Assembly (NCBI GenBank): GCA_963706955.1
Contig: CAVPOC010000003.1
Coordinates: 576,001-640,000, forward strand
Direction of reading: 5' to 3'
From: an uncultured Verrucomicrobiae bacterium
Lineage (GTDB): Bacteria; Verrucomicrobiota; Verrucomicrobiia; Chthoniobacterales; Terrimicrobiaceae
DNA length: 64,000 bases
Below, in pieces: positions 10,123 to 19,506 of this stretch. Both the position numbers and the translations under genes were made by a program. The stretch's first letter is position 1, and every line of letters starts with the position of its first letter. The notes beneath the pieces were generated by a model that saw only the letters and a list, made by a program, of their open reading frames with translations, did not search any database and was not told where the DNA came from.

Positions 10123-10725
10123 TCAATCTGGTCGCAGCATCTCAAAGCGGTCACGCGTGCGACAATACCAATGCGGCGCGCTCATGCGTCCGATCGCCTG
10201 AAAAAGCTCGCTGCGGATCCGCAACGTTTTCGGATCGATCAAGGCATCTTGGACCTGGATCCGCTTCACCAAACCGATAATCAGGCGATTCTCTCCAATC
10301 TGCAGAGTCCCCCATTCCTGGCATTCCAAACTGGCGGGCGATTCTGCGATGCGTGGCGGACGCACGACGGAGGAGGGGCACGGGGTCAGCCCCGCCATCT
10401 CGAGTTCACTGGTGCCATAGGGAGCGGAAGCGGCTGTGCGATTCATCGACTCCGCGAGCGCTTCATCAACAAGATTGACGACGAACTCATGCGTGAGGCG
10501 AATGTTTCGAGCCGTATCCTTGGGCACACCGCCTTCGCGATCCCCGGGGCAAATACCGACGATCGGAGGCTTCGACCCGAGCACGTTAAAGAAGCTGAAC
10601 GGGGCGGCATTGATCGCGCCTTCGGAGTTTATCGTGGTGACCCAGGCAATCGGTCGGGGAACAACCAGCGAAACCAAAACGGCATAGGAGCGAGCGGCGT
10701 GCTCGCCTTCAAGATCGAGTTCCAT
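10123..10725 (-). CDS. Flavin reductase family protein (DIM6/NTAB-like)
   Basis: VVPRPIAWVTT..NAAPFSFFN..KDTARNI..EFVVNLV; IGRM. Confidence 0.9.
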   Translation of the reverse strand: MELDLEGEHAARSYAVLVSLVVPRPIAWVTTINSEGAINAAPFSFFNVLGSKPPIVGICPGDREGGVPKDTARNIRLTHEFVVNLVDEALAESMNRTAASAPYGTSELEMAGLTPCPSSVVRPPRIAESPASLECQEWGTLQIGENRLIIGLVKRIQVQDALIDPKTLRIRSELFQAIGRMSAPHWYCRTRDRFEMLRPD

Positions 10726-10737
10726 GGCGGGAGAAGT

Positions 10738-10768
10738 ATCCACAGATTTCACAGATTTACACTGATTT
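10738..10768. repeat. Short tandem repeat (CACAGATTT)x~3
   Basis: atccacagatttcacagatttacactgattt. Confidence 0.6.
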
Positions 10769-10925
10769 GTCCCGCGGCGGTCGCTCCCCCTGTCCGCAAC
10801 GAAGCGGCCCCCCTCAAAGCGGTGCGCACACACCAGAGAGCGGTGAAGGCGCTATTCGGCTGTTAGCCAATACCGATGGGATCGCGCCTTCGACGCCAAA
10901 TTCAAAATCTCTCATCTCACAACCA

Positions 10926-11810
10926 TCAACTCTTGGACACAGCGATGGCGTTACTCGAGGGGGTCACGTGCGATCCAAATCGATTCGCATACACCTGCGC
11001 AAACTCCGCCCCAAAAAAGACGATCTGAGAGGAGTAGTAGACCCATATGAGCAAGACAATGAGCGAACCCGCCGCGCCATAGGAGGAGGCAACTCCGCTC
11101 CGTCCAAGATAAAAACCGAGGGCAAATTTCCCAATGGTAAAGAGGAGGGCTGTGATAAACGCACCGATCAAGACATCGCGCCAGGCAATATTAGCGTCAG
11201 GCAGGATCTTGAACATCATCGCAAAGAGGAGCGTGATCACCGCCAGCGACAAGATCGCGTTGAGCAGCTGGATGAGGGCCTCCGTACCAGGAATCATCGC
11301 TTCGAATTGTTTTCCCACAAAGGCAATCACCGCCGTAAGCAAAAGAGAAACCAGGAGCAGAAATCCGACGACCAAAATAAATCCGAAGGAAAGGATGCGA
11401 TCACGAATGATACCAAGAACTCCGCGACCTGGCTTGGGCTGCACGCCCCAAATGATATTCAAGGATGCCTGGAGCTGGCCAAAGACGCCCGAGGCGCCGA
11501 AGAGAAGCGTAACGATGCCGATCACGGTTGCAACCACGCCTGTCTTTGGCTCTGCGCTCGCACTCTGCACAATTTCTTCCATGGCCCTGCCGCTGGCGTC
11601 CCCAAGTAATCCTCGCAATTGATCGAAGATTTGACCCTGAGCGGCTTCTGCGCCGAAAACCAAGCCGGCGATGGCAATAGTTATGATCAGTAGGGGCGCG
11701 AGGGAAAAAACGGTGTAATACGCAAGGGCAGCCCCCAACATGGGAGCTTGATCATCAAGCCACTCGAACAACGTCGTCTTTAACAGCGAGAAAGCTTCCT
11801 TAGGGTTCAT
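10926..11810 (-). CDS. YihY/virulence factor BrkB family membrane protein
   Basis: GAALAYYTVFSLAPLL; SSYGAAGSLIVLLIWVYYSSQIVFFGAEF. Confidence 0.92.
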   Translation of the reverse strand: MNPKEAFSLLKTTLFEWLDDQAPMLGAALAYYTVFSLAPLLIITIAIAGLVFGAEAAQGQIFDQLRGLLGDASGRAMEEIVQSASAEPKTGVVATVIGIVTLLFGASGVFGQLQASLNIIWGVQPKPGRGVLGIIRDRILSFGFILVVGFLLLVSLLLTAVIAFVGKQFEAMIPGTEALIQLLNAILSLAVITLLFAMMFKILPDANIAWRDVLIGAFITALLFTIGKFALGFYLGRSGVASSYGAAGSLIVLLIWVYYSSQIVFFGAEFAQVYANRFGSHVTPSSNAIAVSKS

Positions 11811-11870
11811 TCCAATGGATCGAATCGAATGCGCATCGAGGATGCACCCGAGATGTCGGCACGGCTGCTT

Positions 11871-11921
11871 GCGGTGTCCCCCACCGCCGAAAATGGGTCT
11901 TCGACCGTGGGGGACGCTACA
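11871..11921. repeat. Degenerate REPIN-like element (family 1)
   Basis: gcggtgtcccccaccgccgaaaa...cgaccgtgggggacgctaca resembles 21018-21076. Confidence 0.55.
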
Positions 11922-11989
11922 GGGCGAGATCAGCTACGGCCCTCGCACACTTGTAGCACGATGCTTAGAAAAGAAGCTCCGGCTGGTTT

Positions 11990-13931
11990 TTACCCTCGCC
12001 GTTCCCTAATCGCCGCTAAAATGTCGGCGACGACCTCGCCGCGAGGGCTTTGCGCCGAGGTTTCCCTTTCCATGCACACGAACGCTGACAGCGTTCGATT
12101 CCAGGTCACGCTTGCCGATCACGAGCATGGTATGGACCTTTCGCTGCTCGGCGCGCTGAATCTTTCCATTAATCTTGTCTGTTGAGAGATCAAGCTCGGC
12201 GCGAACCTCCCGGGTGCGGAGTTCGGCGTGGATGCTCCTGGCGAAATCGAGGAGCGGTTCCTCGATTCCGATCGTGAGGATGCGAACTTGCTCGGGAGCG
12301 AGCCAGAGCGGGAAATTACCGGCATAGTGCTCGATGAGAAACCCGATGAATCGCTCGTGGGTTCCGAGCGGCGCGCGGTGGATGCAGAGCGGAGTCTTCT
12401 CCAGATTATCGCGATCCTTATAGACCAAGCCGAATCTCCTCGGCACGGCAAAATCTACCTGGTTGGTGGCAATGGTGAATTCACGCCCGATCGCGCTCCA
12501 CACCTGCACGTCGATCTTTGGTCCGTAGAACGCGGCTTCGTTCGCCACCTCAATATAGTTGATTCCGGAGCGATTGAGAACGTTACGGACCATTTCCTCC
12601 GTCTTGACCCAGAGCTCCGGCTCACCAACAAATTTCTGGCCGAGCTTGGTGGGATCGTGCGTCGAGAAGCGCATGAGATATTTCTCGATACCGAAAATCT
12701 CGAAATACCTGAGATACATCTGATTGACGGCATTAAACTCGGCCTCGAACTGATCCTCAGTGCAATAGATGTGGGCGTCATTCATTTGCATTGAACGCAC
12801 CCGCATCAAACCAAAGAGCTCACCGCTCTGTTCGTAGCGGTAGCAGGTGCCGTACTCGGCCAAGCGCAGCGGCAGATCGCGATAACTGCGCGGGACCGCC
12901 GCAAAAAGCTTGTGATGATGCGGGCAATTCATCGCCTTAAGGTAATAGCGGGTGCCCAGGCCTTCGATCTCCTGCTCGAGCCTCTCGGTGCGTTTGCGAG
13001 CCTCGCTAAGGAGCCCTGGGTCGGACGAGGATGCGCCGCCCAGCTCAAAGTTGCGCCTCTCTTCCTTGGCGATTTCCAACTCTAAACTAAGCTTGCGCTT
13101 TCGTTCCCGCGCTTCTTCTTCGACGAGTTCCATCGGAGGAAACATCGAATCCGCGTAATAGGGAAGGTGCCCGCTGCAGACATACATGCTTTCGCGGGCG
13201 ATATGCGGCGTGCGGACGCGTTGGTAACCCGCGGCGAACTCCGTTTCCTTGGCCAGCTTTTCCAATTCCTCGATGAGGACTGCGCCTTTCGGAAGCCAGA
13301 GGGGCAAGCCGGGACCGACGTCGTCGTCGAAGCAAAAAAGCTCCATCTCACGTCCGAGCTTGCGATGGTCGCGCTTTTTCGCCTCCTCGAGCATCGCGAA
13401 GTAGGCGTCCATCTCGGTCTTGTTTTTGAAAGCCGTTCCATAGACGCGCTGGAGCTGAGGATTGCGCTCATCCCCCTTGTAATATGCGCTTGCCACATGG
13501 GTAAGCTTGAACGCGCCAATTCTCCCGGTATGCGAAACATGCGGACCGGCACAGAGATCGGTAAAGTCACCGTTACGATAGAGGGTAATGACCTCCCCGT
13601 CGGGAATGTTTTCAACGATATCGAGCTTGAAGAGGGAGGGTTTGTTTCTTTCGGAGAGGGCGGCGAGCGCGCCTTTTCCCGCGAGCTGGAGGGCTTCCTC
13701 TCGGGAGACCTCGATGCGCTCGAAGTGGTGGTTAGCCTTTATTTCCTTCCGCATCTCCTCCTCGATGCGCGCGAAATCCTCCGGGGTGATCCGATGTGGC
13801 AAGTCGACGTCGTAATAGAAGCCGTTCTCGACCGGCGGCCCCGCGGCAAACTGGGCCTCCGGCCAGATCCGCAGAATCGCTGTCGCCAAAACATGCGCAC
13901 TGGAGTGGCGAAGGGTTTCGATCTCAGTCAT
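11990..13931 (-). CDS. thrS: Threonyl-tRNA synthetase (no N-terminal TGS domain; ~55-aa insertion; frameshift near C-terminus)
   Basis: HSSAHVLA and DLCAGPH editing motifs; KRDHRKLG; YYLKAMNCPHH; FYGPKID; HRAPLGTHERFIG; corrected end KPRGEVVADILAAIRERRG*. Confidence 0.97.
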
Positions 13932-13974
13932 AGGCAGCGGGCTCGATCTTGTCGACAAAGGAGGCCGCCGTCCA

Positions 13975-14178
13975 TCAAAGCGGGATACCCTCCTCCGGAG
14001 TCAATAGCGGAATGCCGTTGCTAATCGGATAAACCATCCTGCCATCTTCACGAATGAGGCCTTCGCGGAGGGGCCTGGCAATTTTCGCACTCGCTACGCT
14101 CAGGGCATCCCCATCTGCAAGGTGAAGCGACTGGCGCGTGAGAGGACAGCAAAGAATCTTAAGCAGTTCCTCATCCAC
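13975..14178 (-). CDS. Trm112/YcaR-family protein
   Basis: MDEELLKILCCPLTR...VYPISNGIPLL. Confidence 0.8.
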   Translation of the reverse strand: MDEELLKILCCPLTRQSLHLADGDALSVASAKIARPLREGLIREDGRMVYPISNGIPLLTPEEGIPL

Positions 14179-14196
14179 TCTGCGCGCGTCGGGGAC

Positions 14197-15387
14197 TCAG
14201 TATTTCGGCACGTTCGAATCAACACGGTCTGCCCAGGCGCTGATTCCCCCTTCGACGTTGAAGAGTTTGGCAAATCCGGCCTTCTGTAGCTGACGCAGCG
14301 CCTTGGCGCTCCGGACACCAGACTTGCAGTGGATGACAATTTCGTCGGCGGTATCCAGCTCGCTCATGCGCGAGGGCAACTCACCGAGCGGAATCAGTCG
14401 CGAACCCGGAATTCTGGCGATGTCATATTCATAGGGTTCGCGAACGTCGAGGAGGACAAACTTCTCGCCGCGCTCTTTCTTCGCCTTGAGTTCCTCGACC
14501 GACATCTCGGGCACGGGTGGCTCGGCGTCCTCGGCCGCCTGCGCCTGGGGAATCCCGCAGAATTGTTCATAATCGATCAATTCGGTGATCGAGGGATGCT
14601 CGCCGCAGATGGGGCAGGAGGGATCGCGTCGCACCTTGAACTCGCGGAATTTCATCTTTAGGGCATCGAAGTGAATAAGCCGACCCAGCAGCGGCTCGCC
14701 AATACCAACAATCAGCTTCACCGCCTCGATGGCTTGCATGACTCCGATCACTCCGGGCAAAACGCCGAGGACGCCTCCCTCTGCACAGCTGGGAACCATG
14801 CCCGGCGGCGGCGGCTCGGGGTAGAGGCAACGATAGCAGGGGCCGTCAAGGCTCGGTGCGAAGACGGTGCACTGACCCTCAAATCGAAAGATCGAGCCGT
14901 AAATATTTGGCTTGTTCAGAAAGACACAGACATCGTTGGAGAGATACCGCGTCGGAAAATTGTCCGTCCCATCGATGACGATGTCGTAGTCCGCGACAAT
15001 GTCGGTAGCGTTGTCGCTACGGAACATCGCGTCGTGCAGCACAACATGCACGTTGGGATTGACGTCTTTAATCCGATCTCGGGCGCTGTTGAGCTTCTTG
15101 CGCCCGACATCCTTGGTGCCGTGGAGCACTTGGCGCTGGAGATTCGAGTAATCGACGATATCAAAGTCAATCAGGCCGAGGGTGCCCACACCGGCGGCAG
15201 CCAGGTATAGCGCGATCGGAGAACCCAAGCCCCCCGTTCCGATGCAAAGCACTTTGGCAGCTTTGAGCTTCTTCTGCCCCTCAAGGGTTACCTCCGGCAT
15301 GATGAGGTGCCTCGAATAACGGGCAATTTCATCATTGCTAAACTCGATGTCTTCGAGTCGCACCGGATCCAAAATGCTTTTGCTCAT
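14197..15387 (-). CDS. moeB: Sulfur-carrier adenylyltransferase with C-terminal rhodanese domain (MoeB/MoeZ)
   Basis: RYSRHL, GTGGLG, SNLQRQ, CYRC...CPIC Zn motifs; rhodanese active loop HCKSGVRS. Confidence 0.93.
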   Translation of the reverse strand: MSKSILDPVRLEDIEFSNDEIARYSRHLIMPEVTLEGQKKLKAAKVLCIGTGGLGSPIALYLAAAGVGTLGLIDFDIVDYSNLQRQVLHGTKDVGRKKLNSARDRIKDVNPNVHVVLHDAMFRSDNATDIVADYDIVIDGTDNFPTRYLSNDVCVFLNKPNIYGSIFRFEGQCTVFAPSLDGPCYRCLYPEPPPPGMVPSCAEGGVLGVLPGVIGVMQAIEAVKLIVGIGEPLLGRLIHFDALKMKFREFKVRRDPSCPICGEHPSITELIDYEQFCGIPQAQAAEDAEPPVPEMSVEELKAKKERGEKFVLLDVREPYEYDIARIPGSRLIPLGELPSRMSELDTADEIVIHCKSGVRSAKALRQLQKAGFAKLFNVEGGISAWADRVDSNVPKY

Positions 15388-15704
15388 ATCTCAAAAAACC
15401 GCCATCGGCTGAATTGCCAACTCTAACGATCTGCCGAAGGATTGCAAGATAGCTGCCCTCCGTCCGGAAACCGCAGGCGATTTCAAACACATTGGAAAAA
15501 CTTGTGGAGGCTACGCGTCCATGCGGCTGCATGATCTACGCCGCGATTGAGCCCAGCGGCACTTACCCTCGTGACGTGCGTCCCATCGGACAGACGGAAC
15601 TGGCCATTCAGCTTAGAATTGTCGCGATTCGCTCAAACCGATTCGTTCGTGAATTTGGCGAATTTGCAACTGTCGCGGCTCGATCCAGCGACCGCCAAGC
15701 CCGC

Positions 15705-16463
15705 TCAGCGGGGGCGGGCCGCGCTTTTGGCGCCTCGCATCAAATTTTCGAAGCTGACATCGAGTGGAGGATAATTCTCCCACCCCACATAATCGTAATG
15801 CCACCACTCAAAGACGAACGGAATGAAGCCATGCTTCTTCATGGCCGCCTCCAATTTGAGGCTATTGGTCCGCTCCTCTTTGGTCCATTTGGCTGAGAAG
15901 CGATGCGCCTTGTCGGAGAAGTCATCGTAAGGGGTGGGCATCGCAAGTTCATTTCCCATACGATCGACGAGGGTGACATCGACGGCTGTGCCTCGAGTAT
16001 GCTTGCCTTTGCTATCGGTGGGATCGGAAACGTAACGCTCATCGCGAACGAGCTCCCACATCTTGAACTGAATGGAACCTGGACGATAACCGTCGAAGAT
16101 TTTTAAGCAGAGACCTTCCTTCCGTAAGTCTTGCTGAACTCTTTGCAAGGCTGCGGCAACGTCCCGATGCACAAAGGCCGCTGGAAAGGGATAGAGAACT
16201 TGGCCGGTGAAATTGCACGCAGTTGCATAACGGATCTCCTGAAGAAGTGGGGGATAGATCGTTGCGACGTTCACGAGATTGTGCTCGAGTGGGGTCGGCG
16301 ACGGAGAGGTCTCCTGTGACGTCACATTCAAATCCTGAGGCGTCTCGGCTCGGGAAAGGCAAGCGATACAGCACCAGCACAGAAACAGCCCCAGCTTGCA
16401 GATTCTAGCCGTCCGACCTGGGAAGGGAGACTTTGCTGATGGCGGGTTGTTCTGGATTTGCAC
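15705..16463 (-). CDS. ddpX: D-alanyl-D-alanine dipeptidase (M15D, DdpX/VanX-like), probably exported; start uncertain (16463 or 16562)
   Basis: RYATACNFTG, KIFDGYRP, KHTRGTAVDVTL, MPTPYDDFS, EWWHYDY. Confidence 0.85.
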   Translation of the reverse strand: MQIQNNPPSAKSPFPGRTARICKLGLFLCWCCIACLSRAETPQDLNVTSQETSPSPTPLEHNLVNVATIYPPLLQEIRYATACNFTGQVLYPFPAAFVHRDVAAALQRVQQDLRKEGLCLKIFDGYRPGSIQFKMWELVRDERYVSDPTDSKGKHTRGTAVDVTLVDRMGNELAMPTPYDDFSDKAHRFSAKWTKEERTNSLKLEAAMKKHGFIPFVFEWWHYDYVGWENYPPLDVSFENLMRGAKSAARPR

Positions 16464-16808
16464 CGACAAGGAGTGCGATTGACTTTGGCGGAATGGAGGT
16501 TGAGAAGCCGTCAGGGCGTTTCGGCTCAGGCCGCTAGTCTGGTTCGCACGGTGCTGTTTCATGGCATGCCAGAGTGCCTTGTAAAGATTATTGGTGCCGC
16601 GCTTGAGCTTGAGAGCCGGGCGCGCCTGAAGGAGTGGCGCCTTGCGACCGTGCCAGGGTCGGTCTATCCTCGCTGTCTCTCGTATGAACACTGAACAATG
16701 CTGACAGGAGTCCAGATTTCGGTCAGTTACACTGGCAAGCCTGAGAAAGCCGCTCGAATCCGGGCTTGAAGCGGGAGGGAGGGGTCGAATCTGATCGGTT
16801 GGGCTGAT

Positions 16809-17594
16809 ATGCATCTCTTACTTCTTATTGCGGCAGCGATTTGCTTTCTCTCGAGCTTTGGTTACACGCTCTATGCCCTACGGACAGGGAAGTTTATGCC
16901 CGGGAGCATCAACTTCGTGGCCATCTTGCTGGGCTTTATCTTCCAAACGGCGTTTTTGTATCTCCGCGGTAAGGCGGAGGGCTCATGCCCTCTCAACAGC
17001 CTTTTTGATGTCTTGATTTTCCAGAGCTGGTCGCTGGTGCTTACGTATCTCATTGTTGGACCGGCTTATAGGCTCTCGCTGCTGGGTGCATTTAGCGCGC
17101 CGATAGCGCTCCTCCTGATGGTGGTGGCGCTGATTGCGCCGATAAGTCGGGAGATTGTCAGGCGACCCGGGATCAATCCATGGGTCGAGACACATGCGGC
17201 GCTTTCGATCATCGCTTATGGCGCATTCGGGCTCTCCAGTGTGGCTGGCATCATGTATCTATTGCAGGAGCGGCAGTTGAAGTCGCAGAAAGCCTCATCA
17301 TTGCTCTACAACCTCCCGCCGATTAACGATCTTGCCGCGGCGATTGGCCGCCTGATGGGCTTTGGTCTGATCCTCCTAACCATCAGTTTTGCGGCGGGTT
17401 TCATCAGCCAGATGCCGGTAAACACCATAAAGTTTTGGACTTCAGTCGCAATTTGGGTTGCCTACGGAGCAATGGTCTTGATGAACAGAATACATTCCCT
17501 TGCTCCCCGGCGGCTGGCGGAGTTATCAATACTGGTGTTTGCGGTTGCTCTCATCACCCTTCCGGGAATTCAATACCTCTCCTCAAGGCCATGA
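16809..17594 (+). CDS. ccsA: Cytochrome c assembly protein (CcsA/HemX-like)
   Basis: About 8 TM segments, conserved His (WVETHAALSIIAYGAF), YLLQERQLK; ATGA overlap with hemA. Confidence 0.8.
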   Translation: MHLLLLIAAAICFLSSFGYTLYALRTGKFMPGSINFVAILLGFIFQTAFLYLRGKAEGSCPLNSLFDVLIFQSWSLVLTYLIVGPAYRLSLLGAFSAPIALLLMVVALIAPISREIVRRPGINPWVETHAALSIIAYGAFGLSSVAGIMYLLQERQLKSQKASSLLYNLPPINDLAAAIGRLMGFGLILLTISFAAGFISQMPVNTIKFWTSVAIWVAYGAMVLMNRIHSLAPRRLAELSILVFAVALITLPGIQYLSSRP

Positions 17595-18610
17595 ACATCC
17601 TCTGCGCGGGTCTTAACCATCAAAGTGCGCCGGTCGAGATTCGGGAGAAGTTCGCGGTGGGCGCGCACGGGATCGAGGAAGCGCTGCATGATGTGCGCCG
17701 GATTGATGGCTTGGCCGGGGCCGTCATTCTTTCGACCTGCAATCGCGTCGAATTCTATGCCGCCAGCGTCTGTCCAGTTCGGGCGTTTGGCGCGCTGCAA
17801 ACACTGCTTCGCGACCGCACCGGGGTGGATGCGCCCCTTTACTGCCACGACACACCACGCAGTGCCCGCCATCTGTTTCGGGTGGCGAGCGGGCTGGACT
17901 CGATGGTCTTGGGCGAGACGGAGATTCTTGGCCAGGTAAAGAAGGCGTATTCCACCGCGGCCGAGCTTGGCGCCACTACCCGCCACCTCAACAAGCTTTT
18001 CCAGCACGCTTTTCGCGTGGCCAAGCATGTTCGCACTGAAACGCAGATCACCCGGGGAGCAACGTCGGTCGGCGCAGTCGCAGTCGAGTTGGCAGGGAAG
18101 ATTTTTGGCGATCTTACGGGAAGGCGCGTGATGATTCTGGGCGCTGGAGAGACCAGTGAGCGCACGGCGCGAAGCCTCGTCTCGCGCGGTGTCAAAACCA
18201 TTATCGTCTCAAATCGAACCTTCGATCGCGCAGCCAAGCTGGCCGAGGAAATCGGCGGTTTGGCGATCCACTTCGACCATTGGCAGAATGCATTTGCTGA
18301 TGTGGACATCTTGATTTGCTCGACGGCGGCGCCCCATGTCGTGCTCACCCGTGAGAAGCTCGCGCCAATGGTTCGAGCGCGCGCGGGCAGGCCGTTGTTT
18401 GTGATTGACCTGGCTGTTCCTCGCGATGCCGATCCATCGATCAACGAGCTCGATGGCGTCTTCCTCTATGACATCGATTCGCTCGAAGGGATAGTTCGCC
18501 AGTCGTTGGAGGTGCGGCGCAGCGAGATCCTGCGCTGCGAACAGATGATTGCCCACCACGTGAGTGCGTTTGTCTCCTGGCTGCGTCACCACCATGAACT
18601 TCGTGCCTAG
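17591..18610 (+). CDS. hemA: Glutamyl-tRNA reductase (short, 339 aa)
   Basis: GLNHQSAPVEIRE, STCNRVE, SGLDSMVLGETEILGQVK, GAGE, DLAVPRD. Confidence 0.95.
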   Translation: MNILCAGLNHQSAPVEIREKFAVGAHGIEEALHDVRRIDGLAGAVILSTCNRVEFYAASVCPVRAFGALQTLLRDRTGVDAPLYCHDTPRSARHLFRVASGLDSMVLGETEILGQVKKAYSTAAELGATTRHLNKLFQHAFRVAKHVRTETQITRGATSVGAVAVELAGKIFGDLTGRRVMILGAGETSERTARSLVSRGVKTIIVSNRTFDRAAKLAEEIGGLAIHFDHWQNAFADVDILICSTAAPHVVLTREKLAPMVRARAGRPLFVIDLAVPRDADPSINELDGVFLYDIDSLEGIVRQSLEVRRSEILRCEQMIAHHVSAFVSWLRHHHELRA

Positions 18611-18694
18611 AGAATCCGACGCGGCTCAGTAGTGTTTCCATGCCTGCTGAGGAGGACATCGCGGCCAACTCCTAGCCCTGGCGTTCGATATTTC

Positions 18695-19506
18695 TTGAAG
18701 TCCGAAAAACATATCGTCCTTGGCACGCGTGGCAGCGACCTGGCGCTCGCACAAACTCAGATCGTTGTCGAAAAGCTCGCACGCGGCTCATCCGCGGCTG
18801 AGTATCGAGAGAAAAATTATCAAGACCACTGGAGACAAACGTCTCGATCTGAGCCTCTCAGGATTCCCTGGAGCAGGGCCTTTTCACCAAGGAACTCGAA
18901 GAAGCGCTGCTCGCCGGCACCATTCATGCCGCCGTCCACAGCTTAAAGGACCTGCCGACCGATCGACCGGATGGCCTCGTCTTTGGAGCCATCCTCAAGC
19001 GCGGCGATCCGTCGGACGTTCTCGTTTCAAAACAATCCGGAGGGCTGGCGGGACTGCCGATCGAAGCATGCGTCGCGACTTCCAGTCCCCGCCGGAAAGT
19101 GCAAATCCTCCTACTGCGCGAGGATCTGCGTATCGTCGAAATGCGGGGGAATGTCCCGACGCGTCTTCGCAAGCTAGCCGCGGATCCGTCGCTCGATGGC
19201 ATTCTGCTCGCCAAGGCCGGACTCGACCGGCTCGGGCGCGAAGTCATTCCGGCAGGTCTTCACGTGGCCGTCGTCGAGAGAATCTTGCCAGCTCCCGGTC
19301 AGGGGGCGATCGCTGTCGAATGTCGCAAATCGGATCTGGCCTCAATCGAGCTTCTCCGTTCCATTCATCATGAAGCGACGGCGGTGTGTGTCACGGCGGA
19401 ACGCGATTTCCTGCGCGCGCAAGGCGGCGGGTGTCACGTCGCCATTGCGGCTTGGGCGATCATCGAGGATGGAAGATTGATTCTGCGCACCTTTCCACCT
19501 TCATGA
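18695..19506 (+). CDS. hemC: Hydroxymethylbilane synthase, 2 frameshifts
   Basis: LGTRGSDLALAQ / IKTTGD / FTKELEEALL..AVHSLKDLP, RGNVPTRL, LPAPGQGAIA, GGGCH. Confidence 0.9.

Noticed and set aside
12948..13130. Intein in thrS
   Set aside because: Too short, and lacks an N-terminal Cys/Ser and a C-terminal His-Asn followed by Cys/Ser/Thr.
15388..15704. Riboswitch or ncRNA upstream of moeB
   Set aside because: No TPP, SAM or Moco consensus recognisable by eye; an Infernal/Rfam scan would be needed.
15705..16463. vanX vancomycin-resistance gene
   Set aside because: No vanH/vanA/vanRS; stand-alone DdpX-type dipeptidases are common housekeeping enzymes.
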